Source of the DNA: the human T2T-CHM13v2.0 reference genome, Homo sapiens
Assembly: GCF_009914755.1 (NCBI RefSeq)
Contig: NC_060928.1
Length of the DNA: 64,000 nucleotides
Direction: 5' to 3' (one strand)
In this document: in pieces, positions 61,540 to 64,000 of the stretch
How the letters are laid out: each line of letters starts with the position of its first letter
Position numbering within the stretch: the first letter of the stretch is position 1
Program-made: the position numbers and the translations under genes
The notes under the pieces: model-generated
The model's input: only the letters and a program-made list of their open reading frames with translations
Database searches by the model: none
What the model was told of the DNA's origin: nothing

Positions 61540-63199
61540 ACAATTGTATTATCTAAGAAAGTAAACCTTTAGAAATAAAGGTAATGAATGCTGAGCAATT
61601 GTGGACAAAGAAGTTGAGAATTCTCTAAATTCAGTTTTTTAAAGGCACTAATATAAGTAAGTGAAAATATTATAACAAAAAAGTATAGGAAGAGGATTAT
61701 TTCACAGTTTGATAAATGAAGAATGTAGTCTGGTCAATGCGGAGACATTTCATTAAGCTTTTACCTGGATAAAAGTGACAGTAAGGTGGAGCCAAGAGTA
61801 TTTCTAGTTTATTGGATGCTTAATTAAACTTAATTGCTTCATAAAGCGTAAATAATTCTCATTTCATTTTATGAATTTTTTCATTCCAGATCATTTTGCT
61901 TTAATTAAGTACACATTTTTAAAACTCCTCAGAACCATTATAGATTTCAATTCACTGAGTCAACTCACAGAATTATATTTTGTCTAGTTTAAGCATTTGC
62001 ATATGTGTTATGTCCTTGCATTTTCACAAACATTCTGTGAAATATCTTACCTCCATTTTACTGATCAGAAACCAGGCACAGTTAGACAGTGATGAATGAT
62101 TCAAACAGATACTGACGGACATTTCACAGTTTACATCAAAATTTTAAACTTTGTAAAGACAGGAAAAGGAGCTTCATGGTGACCAAGGATATCAGCTCCC
62201 TTCCTCTGGAGCTAACTCCTAAGGTAAAAAGCAAGAAAATGCAGCACAAGTGATCACTTTCATCTCTACTAAAAGCTATGGAGATTCCTGCCAAAAAGAA
62301 ACCCACCCCATTCAGCGCTGCAAATCTTTCAGTTTAAACTTCTGGTGGCAAAGGAAACAGCACCAATTTGCAATATTCCAGTGCTCTGAGTTGGTTTCTG
62401 GAGTCTATGTCGGCTCTGCAAGGAGAATGAATTGATGCCGTGGTCCTTCGTTACTTTCAATAAACTCTGGAATTAATAAAGGATCTTGAGAAATGAACTA
62501 ATGGTGAACGTTTGGTAGGAGGAAGTCGTCAACCTAGAAGTTAAGTCATCACAGGCTTACTGTTGTCTTATGTTGATGGAATATCTAGATATTAACACTG
62601 TAAGGCAACACAAGAAGAATGTTTTCACCATATATGTATACTTTTCTCTCTTTTAAATAAGAAATTGTTTTCTTTGGACAACTTGACAAAAACCAATCAT
62701 CTGTCAGTGATGCTGTAATGGGTGGTTTTGGGACATGTTTTTAAGGTTAGGTTTCTTGCAAAAAGTGACACTTGAAGAAACTTTTAAGCAAACAAGAGAG
62801 AATTACTTGATGGACACAGCATGATAGGTTTATCTTAGGTCTACAAAAAGCACAGGGCTCAGAAAAGAAGAAACCAAAAGGAGACCATTTTGAGCAAGTG
62901 AACTGTATAGTATTGTGAGTGGAGACTGAGGAAATTGATGTAAGTATTTTGAAAGCCCATGAGATCACCTAAACATTTGATGGTAGGAAATACTTCAATG
63001 AAAGCACATCCATTTTGTGCAATATTATATACCATTAAAATCATGTTTTTGAGGATTATTTAATGGTACTAGAAATTATTTATGATATAATGTTACTTGA
63101 AAGAGAAAGCAAGATATAAATTTCATATTCAGGATAATAGCAGTTTTGTTATACATATACCTGCCCACCAACATGCACACATGCATACCTTATCAGAAG

Positions 63200-63670
63200 G
63201 TGTTACAAATATACAAATGAAACATTAATCTGTCTTGAGCATGATAGGGAATGTATTGATAATATAACTGAACAATTCAAGGATAAAATTGGCTTCAAAG
63301 GTTGATCCAAGTCCAAATATGGTGCCAGGACCCCATTTCTCACACTACATTTTTCCGCTCTAGTTTTGTGCCATTGCTCTCATTTGCAGGTAGGTCCTGC
63401 CCTAGAGCATAGAGAGGCTGCAGGTACTCTCATTCAAGTTAGGTGGGAAAGAGGGTTTGAACAGGGTCCTGGTTTCTTTGTCTTATTTCTTGTTCCCAAC
63501 CCTGAACCCATCCCTGTAGCTAAGAAGGTGTAACACCTCTCACCATCCTTCCCAACCAGAGGTGAGGTAAGTTCCAGCCAAATCACATGGCTAGGAGATT
63601 CAGGTGACCTTTAAGAAAGGGGAATGGAAGGGTGGGTGGTGAAGCAACAAACAAATGTCTGCTACTCATA
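63200..63670. mobile_element. Old MaLR LTR (MLT1J/K-like)
   Basis: 'tggcttcaaaggttgatccaag', 'aaccctgaacccatccctgtagc', 'aaacaaatgtctgctac'; approximate. Confidence 0.5.
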
Positions 63671-63813
63671 CTCTCACACAGGGAATAATTGGAAGAAAGG
63701 ATACCCCAATTTTCATTGGTTGCCATGGATTATACATATACACATATACACAGACACACACACATATACATATTTAATATGGATTATAGATGATTTCATA
63801 TGACTTCACAAGC

Positions 63814-64000
63814 TTATTTTATTTTTATTTTATTTTATTTTTCTGTGATGGAGTCTCGCACTCTCGCCCAGGCTGGAGTGCGGTGGCACCATCTCGGCTC
63901 ACTGCAAGCTCTGCCTCCCAGGTTCACGCCATTCTCCTGCCTCAGCCTCCTGAATAGCTGGGACTACAGGTGCCCGCCACCAAGCCCAGCTAATTTTTTG
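63814..64000 (-). mobile_element. AluY, truncated by window end
   Basis: gcaagctctgcctcccaggttcacgccattctcc AluY diagnostics. Confidence 0.93.

Overview
This is AT-rich, CpG-depleted genomic DNA from a human or closely related primate, judged from AluY/S/J, L1PA3-4, MER11, Tigger1 and MADE1 copies. I recognise no protein-coding exon or functional RNA gene. Every long ORF in the track is either a decayed transposon ORF (L1 ORF1/ORF2, Tigger1 transposase), an Alu read-through or chance, so the window is intronic or intergenic. The most informative structure is one compound L1 insertion (32877-37557). It combines a twin-priming 5' inversion, an in-frame internal ORF1 deletion and a 243-bp 3' transduction, all inside an 18-bp TSD. 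Other notable items: an AmnSINE1-like 5S-derived SINE head (26184-26314); a 121-bp duplication of non-repeat DNA carrying four CAGGTA sites (28912 and 29532); a CpG-retaining candidate regulatory region with G4, Z-DNA and CTCF-like motifs (18.5-19.6 kb); several nested transposon stacks; and three solo ERV LTRs. Repeat subfamily names come from recalled consensus sequences and need Dfam/RepeatMasker confirmation. I find no support for a wholly new biological system.
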